Source: a virus
Taxonomy: Duplodnaviria; Caudoviricetes
Direction: 5' to 3' (one strand)
IMG/VR virus record: IMGVR_UViG_3300010885_082162
Span: 8,039-72,038 of that record
Length of the DNA stretch: 64,000 nt
A model generated the notes under the pieces. That model saw only the letters and a program-made list of their open reading frames with translations, was not told where the DNA came from and did no database searches. A program made the position numbers and the translations under genes. This document shows positions 1-8,983 of the stretch, in pieces (position 1 is the stretch's first letter; each line of letters opens with the position of its first letter).

Positions 1-1026
1 GTCTACAATAGTAGCAGACATCATTAAAATTCTTGTAGCTTTTGAAAAGAGATGTTTTTCGCAATAAGGAGAAACATCAACAGTTTTAAATTCAAATCGA
101 TGTGTAATATTGGTCTTGCTTCCTTGACCATATAATTTCTTTTCTATGTTCATGACCCAGCTCTTGTAATCATGCACTTCAATAAACTTTTCAAGTTTTT
201 CTAAATGCTTCTGTACTAACTCGTAGCTTTTTGATGAATCTATACACTTGTTCAAAGAAGAAGAATTTTTCTTAAGCGTTGACTCAAGCTTTACTGCATA
301 CTTTTTTAAAACACTCAAATAAGTGTCTTTAACCCAGTCAAATATAGCTTTCTGCTCGTGAATTTTAGGCACTTTAATTTTTAAGACATCGTTGCAGAAT
401 TTTTCAGAAAAGCTAACTTCAATAAATCTTCCAACTTCTGATTCTATATTATGTGCCTCGTCAATGACTAGTAGCGCACGAGGCGTTAACTTACCTGAAT
501 GAGATGTTTCTGCAAGAAAATAAGAAAAATTTGTTATAGAAATGGATGAGTCAATAAACGCCTGTTTTTCTTGACTATACTGGCATTGTTTAGTGCAGTG
601 GTCTTGAAATTCTGTGCCCTTTAAGCTTTTAGACAAACGGCTTAGAAGCATTTTTGATTCTGCACACGTTTGATCATCATAGAAAGAACAAGCGTAATTT
701 GAAGAAGACTTGATTGTTCTTAATAACGGAAGTTTAGTATTTGGGCCAAAGTCTCTTACATATTGTTCTTGTAAGATTTTTTGCGTGGTAAGAACATATG
801 CACCTGACATTGATTCACCGCTCTCATCAGTCTGACAAGGGAAATGATCGTTTAGGTATCTAGCGATTGTAATTCCTATTACAGATTTACCTGTGCCTGT
901 TCCTAACTCAAGCAAAACATGTTTTTTACCTGATTCATAGGAATCAATAGCAAATTCAATCGCTTCTTTTTGTTCCTTTCTCATTTCTTTAAAAGGAAAA
1001 TAGTGTCGATATTCGTGTAGAGGCAT
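1..1026 (-). CDS. DinG/XPD-family Fe-S DEAH helicase, N-terminal part (runs off the window start)
   Basis: Missing from the ORF track; translated by hand from ATG at 1026: MPLHEYRHYFPFKEMRKEQKEAIEFAIDSYESGKKHVLLELGTGTGKS (Q motif + Walker A), four Cys (CSFYDDQTC...HCTKQC), ALLVIDEAHN (Walker B) and ILMMSAT. Segments read at the start, middle and end are all in one frame. Confidence 0.88.
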   Translation of the reverse strand, partial: MPLHEYRHYFPFKEMRKEQKEAIEFAIDSYESGKKHVLLELGTGTGKSVIGITIARYLNDHFPCQTDESGESMSGAYVLTTQKILQEQYVRDFGPNTKLPLLRTIKSSSNYACSFYDDQTCAESKMLLSRLSKSLKGTEFQDHCTKQCQYSQEKQAFIDSSISITNFSYFLAETSHSGKLTPRALLVIDEAHNIESEVGRFIEVSFSEKFCNDVLKIKVPKIHEQKAIFDWVKDTYLSVLKKYAVKLESTLKKNSSSLNKCIDSSKSYELVQKHLEKLEKFIEVHDYKSWVMNIEKKLYGQGSKTNITHRFEFKTVDVSPYCEKHLFSKATRILMMSATIVD

Positions 1027-1069
1027 TCAGTCTACACAATATAATACAAAGAGATAAATTACAAATTTA

Positions 1070-1672
1070 CTATTCACCAATGATCTTATCGACAATTCCC
1101 ATCTTTATCGCTTCTTGCGGCGATAAATAGACGTCATGGCCACGCTTCATAATATTTTCAATATCTTCTTTTGATAGTTTGGTTTCTTTTGCAATAGCAG
1201 TTGCCATTTGCACTTGCAATCGCTTACTTTCTTCTACATCATTCATTAACTCAAAGATATTTCCAGCAGACCCACCAGATATTGGATGCATCATAATTCT
1301 AGCTGATCTACCAATCATTCTTTTTCCTTTTTCGCCTGATGCAAGTAGAAGTACACCGGCAGACATAACTTTGCCTAAAGCAATCGTATGAACTGGACAT
1401 GGTAAAAACTTTATAGCATCATATAAAGTAAACATCTCATCAACAGATCCACCGTATGTTGAAATGACAAGATGAATTGGTTTGTGATTTTGACTAGCAA
1501 GATGCAACATTTGCATCATTACTGTTGATATTGATTGTTCATTAACATCGCAGTGAAGTACTAATAACCGAGAGCTATCTCCTACTTGAATATGAACACC
1601 TGATGACTCGTAGTCATAATTTCCTCTTTTAGATGCATCACCATGATTGCTGATTATGTAAGATCTACCCAT
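1070..1672 (-). CDS. clpP: ATP-dependent Clp protease proteolytic subunit
   Basis: ISTYGGSV, ALGKVMSAG (catalytic Ser), IMMHP (His), GHDVYLSPQEAIKMGIVDKI (Asp); triad appears intact. Confidence 0.92.
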   Translation of the reverse strand: MGRSYIISNHGDASKRGNYDYESSGVHIQVGDSSRLLVLHCDVNEQSISTVMMQMLHLASQNHKPIHLVISTYGGSVDEMFTLYDAIKFLPCPVHTIALGKVMSAGVLLLASGEKGKRMIGRSARIMMHPISGGSAGNIFELMNDVEESKRLQVQMATAIAKETKLSKEDIENIMKRGHDVYLSPQEAIKMGIVDKIIGE

Positions 1673-1946
1673 TTTTATTTACTTCTTCCTCGGCCCAATT
1701 ATCTTCACCATGACTGTACAACTTAGAAACAAAAATATCTTTTTCTTTTTTAGTTTTAATAAAAGAAATCATGTCTTTCATGTCTTGAATGTTTTCTATT
1801 TCTAAGCTTAGCAAATGAAGAATCATCCATCTTTGCCTGTCACTAATTCCAAACGTATTAATCTCGCTTACAATCTGTAGCGCAATTTTTTTATCTTCGG
1901 CAATTTTTTCAGTTTGTAATTGACCGTAAAGCATCTCATTCATCAT
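1665..1946 (-). CDS. hypothetical protein (93 aa, helical)
   Basis: ORF in the co-directional operon, overlapping the clpP start; no recognisable motif. Confidence 0.7.
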   Translation of the reverse strand: MMNEMLYGQLQTEKIAEDKKIALQIVSEINTFGISDRQRWMILHLLSLEIENIQDMKDMISFIKTKKEKDIFVSKLYSHGEDNWAEEEVNKNG

Positions 1947-1952
1947 TTTACC

Positions 1953-2480
1953 TCAAATTGTACTGATAAATTCGTCTCTAGAAAAATTTTCTACTTTAAA
2001 GAAAGACTCCCCTAAAATTCTAACGTATTTTCCTTGTTTGGTATCACCATCATCTTCTTGCTCTAGCACAATAAATTCACCCCAACTTTTGTGCTCTACA
2101 ATAAACTGAGCTTGCTCCCAAGAAGGCAATTCAAGACGATATTTTTCAAGTATATTAGACAAATCTCTTGGTAACGACAGCTTAATATCTTCAACTGTTA
2201 ATATTGACGAGGAGTGCTCTTTACCTAATTGAATTTCAGACTTACAGATGTCTATAACTTTATGTATTAATCCGCAATTATTGCACTGTGCGTATTTCAA
2301 ATCTATACTATCATTTTCTTTCAAGACAGAAAAAACAATAAATTTGTGCTTTGGCGGATCTTGCCTATTCTTAAATTGTGGAAGTACACATCGGCACTCT
2401 AAAAGATGTCTAAAACCTCTCTTTTGCTGTACAACGACGCTAGTATCTTTTTTAGTTTCAGAAGACTTTTTCTTGGCCAC
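1953..2480 (-). CDS. hypothetical protein with probable Zn-binding cysteines
   Basis: ECRC...CNNC...IC pattern; lies in the operon. Confidence 0.7.
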   Translation of the reverse strand: MAKKKSSETKKDTSVVVQQKRGFRHLLECRCVLPQFKNRQDPPKHKFIVFSVLKENDSIDLKYAQCNNCGLIHKVIDICKSEIQLGKEHSSSILTVEDIKLSLPRDLSNILEKYRLELPSWEQAQFIVEHKSWGEFIVLEQEDDGDTKQGKYVRILGESFFKVENFSRDEFISTI

Positions 2481-2483
2481 TGT

Positions 2484-2735
2484 TCACTTTTTAGTTGTTT
2501 TTTTTGAAGATGCTAAATCAATCTCTTCGTTTATCTTATTATGTAAACTTGTAAAAACAGATTGATACGAATTATCTAAAGAAGTTTTTACAAGTAATAA
2601 AACTATTTGTAAATCTTTTTCAGATAGCGATATCGTTCTCTTAGTATTTTCATTAACTAAAAGACGCTGCAATTGATCATTAGAAAAAGTAACTAGATTC
2701 AGAACTTCTTTACAAATTTTATCAGCATGATTCAT
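2484..2735 (-). CDS. hypothetical protein (83 aa)
   Basis: ORF with 3-nt spacing to the next gene in the minus-strand operon. Confidence 0.6.
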   Translation of the reverse strand: MNHADKICKEVLNLVTFSNDQLQRLLVNENTKRTISLSEKDLQIVLLLVKTSLDNSYQSVFTSLHNKINEEIDLASSKKTTKK

Positions 2736-2771
2736 GAACAGATCATACTTTTTAAAATTAATAAGTAAAGG

Positions 2772-3899
2772 TTAGACTACATCTGCAATACTTTTTAAAG
2801 TATTTTCTAAGGAATTATAATAAAGCGCAACTGCTTGATTAAGCACAAAGCTTTTATTCATAACAGACAGAATAAGACGAATTCCTTCGTCTATTTCTTG
2901 TGATCTTGAAAAGTAATTTATGTCATCAGGTATTGCAATTTCAATGCTATTTCCTGAAAGACCTCTTAAACGTTTATGTATAAAATCTTTTTCTAGCTCA
3001 CTACAATCAAGAAGTTTTTTCTTTAAGTTTTTTGAATGCAAAAAAACTGACTTTTTTGTAGTTTTACATTTAATAGCTAAACTAGAATCAGTAATAGTAA
3101 TTGAGTCAATTATAGCAGATTTTTCTAACTTTATTGAAGAGATTAAATCACCTTTTAAGCTAGATGTTACATCAACTCCGCATGTTACAGCTATGTCAAC
3201 AAGTAGATTAACATTTTCAACAGTAAAATCAACTTTAAAAATATAACATCTGAACGCATTTCTTGTATTATTGACGTTAATTGTACTTAAAATATCATTG
3301 GATGCACCTCTACAAAATAAGACAAAAGGCGTATTCTGCGCTTCAGTTGAAAAATATTGAAGAATATGGTGTATTTCAGATACGCTTTCTAGATAACCGT
3401 CAATGACAAAGATCTTGCAATTTTTATCTTGATTCCTTTTGACAGGTAATAAAGACGCAACATCGAACTGGTAATCATTTGAGATTTCTACGTAAGATTT
3501 TTCATTAATTGACTTTACTAGTTTTAGTTTAGTTTCTGAGTTACAGAAATTTAATATTTCTATTAAAATAGATTCTGAAATTTTGCTAAGTCTAAGATTT
3601 TCTAGCTGATCAATAACAGCTTTTTTATCTATAGGATTAGAATAATTTTCAATATTACTTCCAGCAAATTTTTTTAAAAGCATCACCCCAGCTTTAGGGC
3701 ATGATCTTTCTGCCTTTTCGGCATGATCTAGAACCAACTCAAAAATTTTTTGTTTACTACCCGCAAATCTTTTAGAAAAGATGTGTTGAAGACACCTCTG
3801 CGTTCTTAGCTTATGATTATCAAATTTTAGCGAGCTAGTAACTTCAACGTTCTTGATAAGAAAACTTTTAATTAAATTTATGTCTTTGTCGATCGACAT
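2772..3899 (-). CDS. divergent, shortened GroEL-like chaperonin (ATP-binding motif absent)
   Basis: Resembles the GroEL apical domain: KIFVIDGYLESVSEIHHIL, PFVLFCRG, NLLVDIAVTCGVDVTSSLKGD, RLRGLSG. The GDGTTT position reads SCPKAG. 375 aa versus ~545 aa for GroEL. Confidence 0.7.
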   Translation of the reverse strand: MSIDKDINLIKSFLIKNVEVTSSLKFDNHKLRTQRCLQHIFSKRFAGSKQKIFELVLDHAEKAERSCPKAGVMLLKKFAGSNIENYSNPIDKKAVIDQLENLRLSKISESILIEILNFCNSETKLKLVKSINEKSYVEISNDYQFDVASLLPVKRNQDKNCKIFVIDGYLESVSEIHHILQYFSTEAQNTPFVLFCRGASNDILSTINVNNTRNAFRCYIFKVDFTVENVNLLVDIAVTCGVDVTSSLKGDLISSIKLEKSAIIDSITITDSSLAIKCKTTKKSVFLHSKNLKKKLLDCSELEKDFIHKRLRGLSGNSIEIAIPDDINYFSRSQEIDEGIRLILSVMNKSFVLNQAVALYYNSLENTLKSIADVV

Positions 3900-3936
3900 G
3901 CGTCAAATTATTGTCTGTCTTTGGTAAAATTTATAA

Positions 3937-4464
3937 TTAAAATTTTGTCTCTATCCATTTAAATAATAAAGTCAAAGATCCGCCGGTTAATGCAACTAAC
4001 ACCCAGCGAACAGCAGAGCTAATTGTATTTTTACTCTTAACAAGATCATCTACATTTTTTTGTATAATTTGTACTTTTTCCGACGTCTCTTCAAGCTCTA
4101 AATCTGACTTTTCAGATTCTTTTTCTTTATGCTTTTTCCACCCTGATAATTCGATCAATTTTTGTTCTGTTTCGTTTATCTTCTGTGAATTTTTAGCATT
4201 TGAATCACTAATCTTTGAAAATATACCATCATCAGGATCATAGATCGCATCATGTATTTTGTCGACTTTACCTACAAGCTGCTCTTGATTCTGTTCGATT
4301 TTTTCAATCTTAAACATTAAGATATCAAATCCACCATTTAAAGCAGCGCTGCCAATAATCTTTTTATGAATGTCATCAAGTACAAAATTTTGTGCTGTAA
4401 AAGTATTTTTAACTCTCTGCGACTTTGGACTCGAAATTTTAATATTTTCGGTTTTTTTTGCCAT
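3937..4464 (-). CDS. coiled-coil protein with a single C-terminal transmembrane helix (XhlA/holin-like architecture)
   Basis: Heptad-rich body and a hydrophobic tail AVRWVLVALTGGSLTLLFKW. Confidence 0.6.
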   Translation of the reverse strand: MAKKTENIKISSPKSQRVKNTFTAQNFVLDDIHKKIIGSAALNGGFDILMFKIEKIEQNQEQLVGKVDKIHDAIYDPDDGIFSKISDSNAKNSQKINETEQKLIELSGWKKHKEKESEKSDLELEETSEKVQIIQKNVDDLVKSKNTISSAVRWVLVALTGGSLTLLFKWIETKF

Positions 4465-4515
4465 TATACAAAGCTCATAAAGTAGATATTTTATCTATAA
4501 CTATCTAGATTAGTA

Positions 4516-4538
4516 AAGCTATTAAGCTATTAAGCTAT
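4516..4538. repeat. 8-bp tandem repeat (AAGCTATT) x ~3 in a divergent intergenic region
   Basis: aagctatt aagctatt aagctat read directly between the divergent starts at 4464 (-) and 4560 (+). Confidence 0.85.
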
Positions 4539-4559
4539 CTAATTTATTATTAAGAGGTT

Positions 4560-6473
4560 ATGTTGACAGATTTTAAAGAAGCTATATTTATTAATCCAAA
4601 TTCTCAGCTAGAGCCTGAAGCTGATATTATATTTGTTGCTGATTTATTTGTAGAAGACTATGTTGGAGGCGCAGAGCTCACTTCTGAAGCATTAATTGAA
4701 GCTTCACCATTTAAAATACAAAAAATTCATTCCTCAAAAGTCAATCTATCAACATTGACACAAGGCTCCCAAAAGCATTGGATCTTTGGGAATTTTGCGC
4801 AACTTAATCCAGAACTCATACCAAGCATAGCTGCAAATCTTAAATATTCAGTACTTGAATATGATTATAAGTACTGTCGTTTCAGATCGCCAGAGAAACA
4901 TGAAGCATCAACCAAGCAACCTTGTGACTGTCATGATAAAATTAATGGCAAATTAATATCAGCTTTTTACTATGGTGCACAATCTCTATGGTGGATGTCA
5001 GAGAAACAAAAGCAGCGATATCACACATTATTTCCATTTTTAGCAGAAAAAGACAACGTGGTATTATCCAGTGTTTTTTCAAAAGCTACACTGGCTTACA
5101 TAAACCACCTTACTAAGTTATCTGCAGACAGTCTAATTGATAGAAAAGGTTGGGTAGTTCTTGGATCTGACTCTTGGGTTAAAGGTGCACAAGCAGCTAA
5201 AGAATGGTGCGAGAATAATCAAAAGCAGTTTGAAGTAGTGTGGAACTTATCGTACGATAAGCTTCTTGAAAAACTCTCTCATGCTGAAGGTTTTGTTTAT
5301 CTTCCAGCCGGTGCAGACACATGTCCTCGAATGGTTATTGAAGCAAAGCTTTTAGGCTGCAAGCTTCAACTCAATAATAATGTCCAGCACGCTTCAGAAG
5401 AATGGTTTAATGCCGACGATATCAACTCAATAAGCGAGTATCTCTTTGCTGCACCTACTCTTTTTTGGAAATGCATAGAAAAAGTCATTAATCATATTTC
5501 TAGAATCAGCGGTTACACAACTGCCTACAACTGTATTAATCAGGACTATCCATTTATAGCATGTATTGAATCAATGCTTAGATTTTGTGACGAAGTTTGT
5601 GTAATTGATGGTGGATCAACAGACGGGACTTGGGAAAAATTAAACGAATTATCACAAAAGAATGAAAAATTAAAAGTCAAACAAGTTGTAAGAGATTGGT
5701 CTCATCAATATCATGCTGTTTTTGATGGAGCACAAAAAGCTGAAGCAAGAGCAATGTGCACCGGTGACTTTTGTTGGCAAATGGATTCTGATGAGATTGT
5801 TCATGAAGATGATGCAATTAAGATCATTGAGCTGTGCAAGAAGATACCGCCTAAGGTTGATATTGTGTCATTGCCTGTTATTGAGTATTGGGGTGGGCCT
5901 GACAAAGTTAGATGTGATATACAACCCTGGAAGTGGAGACTTAGTAGAAATCTCTCACACATTACGCATGGTATACCAACTGATCTGCGTAGATTTAATG
6001 AAAACAAGCAACTATATGCTGCAGAAGGCACTGATGGATGTGATATGATTCATAAAATGACAGGAGAAAGACTGCCTCATGTGACTTTTCACACATTAGA
6101 TTCAGAGAAAATGAGACAATCAGCCTGTGCAGGCGATCTATCAGCACTATTGCAATATAGAACATGGTTTAACTCTGTCATTAAAAGCCTCCCAGGTGTA
6201 CACCATTATTCGTGGTATGATCTTTCAAGAAAGATAAAGCTTTACAAGAATTACTGGACAAAACACTGGAATTCTCTGTACAATAAATCGCTTGAAGATT
6301 CTGCTGATACAAATATGATGTTTGACTTACCATGGTCACAAGTTACAGATGAGATGATAGAGACAAGAGCGAAAGAATTAAAAGGCTCAACAGGCGGCTG
6401 GGTTTGGCATAGAAAATGGCATGGTCAAAGAACACCGCATATTACAGTTGATGTGTCGGAACCAAAGAAATGA
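4560..6473 (+). CDS. two-domain glycosyltransferase (N-terminal GT-B/GT4-like, C-terminal GT2)
   Basis: N-term VGGAELT...FVYLPAGADTCPRMVIEAKLLGC; C-term FCDEVCVIDGGSTDGTW...WQMDSDE (DXD); RBS aagagg. Confidence 0.8.
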   Translation: MLTDFKEAIFINPNSQLEPEADIIFVADLFVEDYVGGAELTSEALIEASPFKIQKIHSSKVNLSTLTQGSQKHWIFGNFAQLNPELIPSIAANLKYSVLEYDYKYCRFRSPEKHEASTKQPCDCHDKINGKLISAFYYGAQSLWWMSEKQKQRYHTLFPFLAEKDNVVLSSVFSKATLAYINHLTKLSADSLIDRKGWVVLGSDSWVKGAQAAKEWCENNQKQFEVVWNLSYDKLLEKLSHAEGFVYLPAGADTCPRMVIEAKLLGCKLQLNNNVQHASEEWFNADDINSISEYLFAAPTLFWKCIEKVINHISRISGYTTAYNCINQDYPFIACIESMLRFCDEVCVIDGGSTDGTWEKLNELSQKNEKLKVKQVVRDWSHQYHAVFDGAQKAEARAMCTGDFCWQMDSDEIVHEDDAIKIIELCKKIPPKVDIVSLPVIEYWGGPDKVRCDIQPWKWRLSRNLSHITHGIPTDLRRFNENKQLYAAEGTDGCDMIHKMTGERLPHVTFHTLDSEKMRQSACAGDLSALLQYRTWFNSVIKSLPGVHHYSWYDLSRKIKLYKNYWTKHWNSLYNKSLEDSADTNMMFDLPWSQVTDEMIETRAKELKGSTGGWVWHRKWHGQRTPHITVDVSEPKK

Positions 6474-6832
6474 AAACAAATAAACTTCACGAGACAATCT
6501 CAACGCTAGTAACAGAACGCTTAATAAGGCGAAAAGGTGAGAAATTCAATACTTCCGTTTGTAGTGAAATCTATCAAGATATATTCTTTTCTTTGACAGA
6601 AATTTTCAAAGAAGCAAAAACGCCACTTTGTAATGAATCAGTTAATTTTCTAGCTCAGATGTATTATGATTCTGTAACAATTAATGATAATCAGCAACTT
6701 GACCCGGCTATCTTTACTCAAAGAGCTAAACTAAATAATCTTGAAATAAGAGAATTGGCCCTTCTTGCAACTATGATGAACGGTACACCATTTGCCTCCC
6801 CATTTATTGGTGAGATAAAGAGACGCTCGTGA
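6470..6832 (+). CDS. hypothetical protein (120 aa)
   Basis: 4-nt overlaps with both neighbours (ATGA upstream, GTGA downstream). Confidence 0.7.
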   Translation: MKTNKLHETISTLVTERLIRRKGEKFNTSVCSEIYQDIFFSLTEIFKEAKTPLCNESVNFLAQMYYDSVTINDNQQLDPAIFTQRAKLNNLEIRELALLATMMNGTPFASPFIGEIKRRS

Positions 6833-7503
6833 TATCGGTAGTTATACCTGTTAGAAATGCTTCTGCAACAATTCAAGAATCAATACAATCAGTCTTATCT
6901 CAAGAAGTCAAGGATCTAGAAATTCTCTGCGTTATAAACGGCACAAATGATAACACAGAAGAAATAATTAGAACCATTAAAGACGATAGAATTTTAATTC
7001 TACATTCAGAGCCAGGTATAGTGCCAGCGCTTAATATGGGTCTAAGAAATTGTAAAGGTGATATTATAGCTCGTCAAGATTCAGATGATATTTGGCTTTC
7101 AAATAAGCTAAAAAAGCAGTTAGATTTCTTTGATAAAAATTCTGATATTGACATTTTAGGCACTCAATTAAACGTTGTTGATGGTGACAATAAACACATA
7201 AGACTAACAAGTTATCCAACAGAACATAGTCAAATAATCGCGAGCCTTCTTGTAGGTGAAAATGCTATTGGTCACCCTAGTGTAATTTTTAAGAGAAAGA
7301 TTTTAGATAAGTGTGCCGGGTACTTTGATCTTTTTCCATTTGCAGAAGATTTAGACTTATGGTCCCGTTCAATTCCTTGGTACAAGTTTGCAAATCTAAA
7401 TGAACCGCTAATTAGATACAAACATATTCCAAATCCAAATTATAACCCCCACGTACCAAAAATTGTTTCTGCATGGTATAGAATGGTTTACGGAATTAAA
7501 TGA
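6829..7503 (+). CDS. GT2 family glycosyltransferase
   Basis: ISVVIPVRN, ALNMGL, IIARQDSDD (DXD), AEDLDLW. Confidence 0.9.
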   Translation: MISVVIPVRNASATIQESIQSVLSQEVKDLEILCVINGTNDNTEEIIRTIKDDRILILHSEPGIVPALNMGLRNCKGDIIARQDSDDIWLSNKLKKQLDFFDKNSDIDILGTQLNVVDGDNKHIRLTSYPTEHSQIIASLLVGENAIGHPSVIFKRKILDKCAGYFDLFPFAEDLDLWSRSIPWYKFANLNEPLIRYKHIPNPNYNPHVPKIVSAWYRMVYGIK

Positions 7504-8261
7504 TAACTTACTCACAGCTTGGCAAAAATGGCAGACTTGGAAACCAGATGTTTCAATATGCAACTTTATTTTCTGCTGGTTTTACAAGAGGATATCAAAT
7601 TGGAATTCCAAAAGACCAAAAGCTTAATCAAGTCTTCAGCACTGATAGCGCAGAAAAATTGGATGTTGTTTCATGTAATTCTGTTTATAAAGAAAAAGAT
7701 TTCTCTTTTGACCCAAATATTTTTTTAATTCCTGACGGTACTGATCTATATGGTTATTTTCAATCAGGCAATTATTTCAACCATTGCGAAGAAGCGCTTA
7801 GAAAAGAATTTCAGTTTTCACAAGAAATTGTGCAAAGAGCAAATGACATTATAGCCAAGCATGGAAATATACCCTTATGTTCTATCCATGTAAGAAGAGG
7901 AGATTATACAAATCTTTCTCACTATCACACAAACTTAGGCTCTGACTATTACATCCCAGCTTGCAAGTTAGTTCATGAAAATATACCAAATGTTAAATTT
8001 TTAGTATTTTCTGACGATGTCGAATGGTGCAAAAATTCTTTTAAAGATGAAAAATTTATTATTGTTGATACTAAAGATGATGCTCTAGACTTATGCATTA
8101 TGTCTCAATGCCCAGTACATGTAATTGCAAATTCATCTTTTAGCTGGTGGGGCGCTTGGCTTAGCAGATCAACTGCAGTAGTTGCGCCTAAGCAGTGGTT
8201 TGGGAAAAATGGGCCACAAAATTGGCAATCAGTTTACCAGCATGGTTGGATTTTATTATGA
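7500..8261 (+). CDS. GT11 alpha-1,2-fucosyl/colitosyltransferase
   Basis: GRLGNQMFQYA, GYFQS, SIHVRRGDY, FSDD, IANSSFSWWGAWL: canonical GT11 motifs. Confidence 0.92.
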   Translation: MITYSQLGKNGRLGNQMFQYATLFSAGFTRGYQIGIPKDQKLNQVFSTDSAEKLDVVSCNSVYKEKDFSFDPNIFLIPDGTDLYGYFQSGNYFNHCEEALRKEFQFSQEIVQRANDIIAKHGNIPLCSIHVRRGDYTNLSHYHTNLGSDYYIPACKLVHENIPNVKFLVFSDDVEWCKNSFKDEKFIIVDTKDDALDLCIMSQCPVHVIANSSFSWWGAWLSRSTAVVAPKQWFGKNGPQNWQSVYQHGWILL

Positions 8262-8983
8262 GCATCGCAGTCATCTTTGTAGGCACAGCAAAATACAAAC
8301 AATTCTTTGATGGTTACTATGAAGGAATAACAAAGAATTTTCTACCAAACAAGCAGAAGACTATCTTTGCTTTTACTGATGATCCTTCAGACATTGTCTT
8401 TAATAAGCCAAATGTTATCACAAAGAAGATAGAACATCTAAAGTGGCCCTTCATCACTCTGTATAGATTTAAATTCATGAGAAGCATTAAACAAGATCTG
8501 CAAAAGTTTGATAACATCTTCTTCATTGATGCTGATTTATGGGCTACAAATCCTATCAGTGAGGATGAATTACCCCTAGACAAAGAACTCATAGGCGTGC
8601 AACACCCAGGTTTTGTTAGTAGAATCGGTACATTTGAGACAGACACGCGTTCCAAAGCTAATATCTTTGATGGCAAGTACGATGTGAAGCAATACAGACA
8701 AGGATGTTTCTGGGGAGGTAGGAGAAAAGATGTGCTCGATATGGTTGATACTGCAGACGACTGGGTCGAAGAAGACCTTCAAAATAAAATCGTAGCTGTC
8801 TGGCACGATGAGTCGCACATGAACAAGTACTTCTTGCTCAATCCTTCCAAGGTGCACACACTGCATGCAGGTTTTGCTCAACCTCAGCTTGGTTATGACG
8901 ACATTAGAAAGACGTGCCCAACAAAGTTTGTGCATCTTCACAAAGAAATGAATGAGTTTCCAAGATTTGCAGGTGTCAAATGA
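8258..8983 (+). CDS. GT6 alpha-1,3-Gal/GalNAc transferase (ABO-like)
   Basis: Likely start MSIAVIFVGTAKY at 8258 (ATGA overlap); AFTD, WPFITLYRF, FIDAD, QHPG, YRQGCFWGG, WHDESHMNKYF. Confidence 0.9.
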   Translation: MSIAVIFVGTAKYKQFFDGYYEGITKNFLPNKQKTIFAFTDDPSDIVFNKPNVITKKIEHLKWPFITLYRFKFMRSIKQDLQKFDNIFFIDADLWATNPISEDELPLDKELIGVQHPGFVSRIGTFETDTRSKANIFDGKYDVKQYRQGCFWGGRRKDVLDMVDTADDWVEEDLQNKIVAVWHDESHMNKYFLLNPSKVHTLHAGFAQPQLGYDDIRKTCPTKFVHLHKEMNEFPRFAGVK

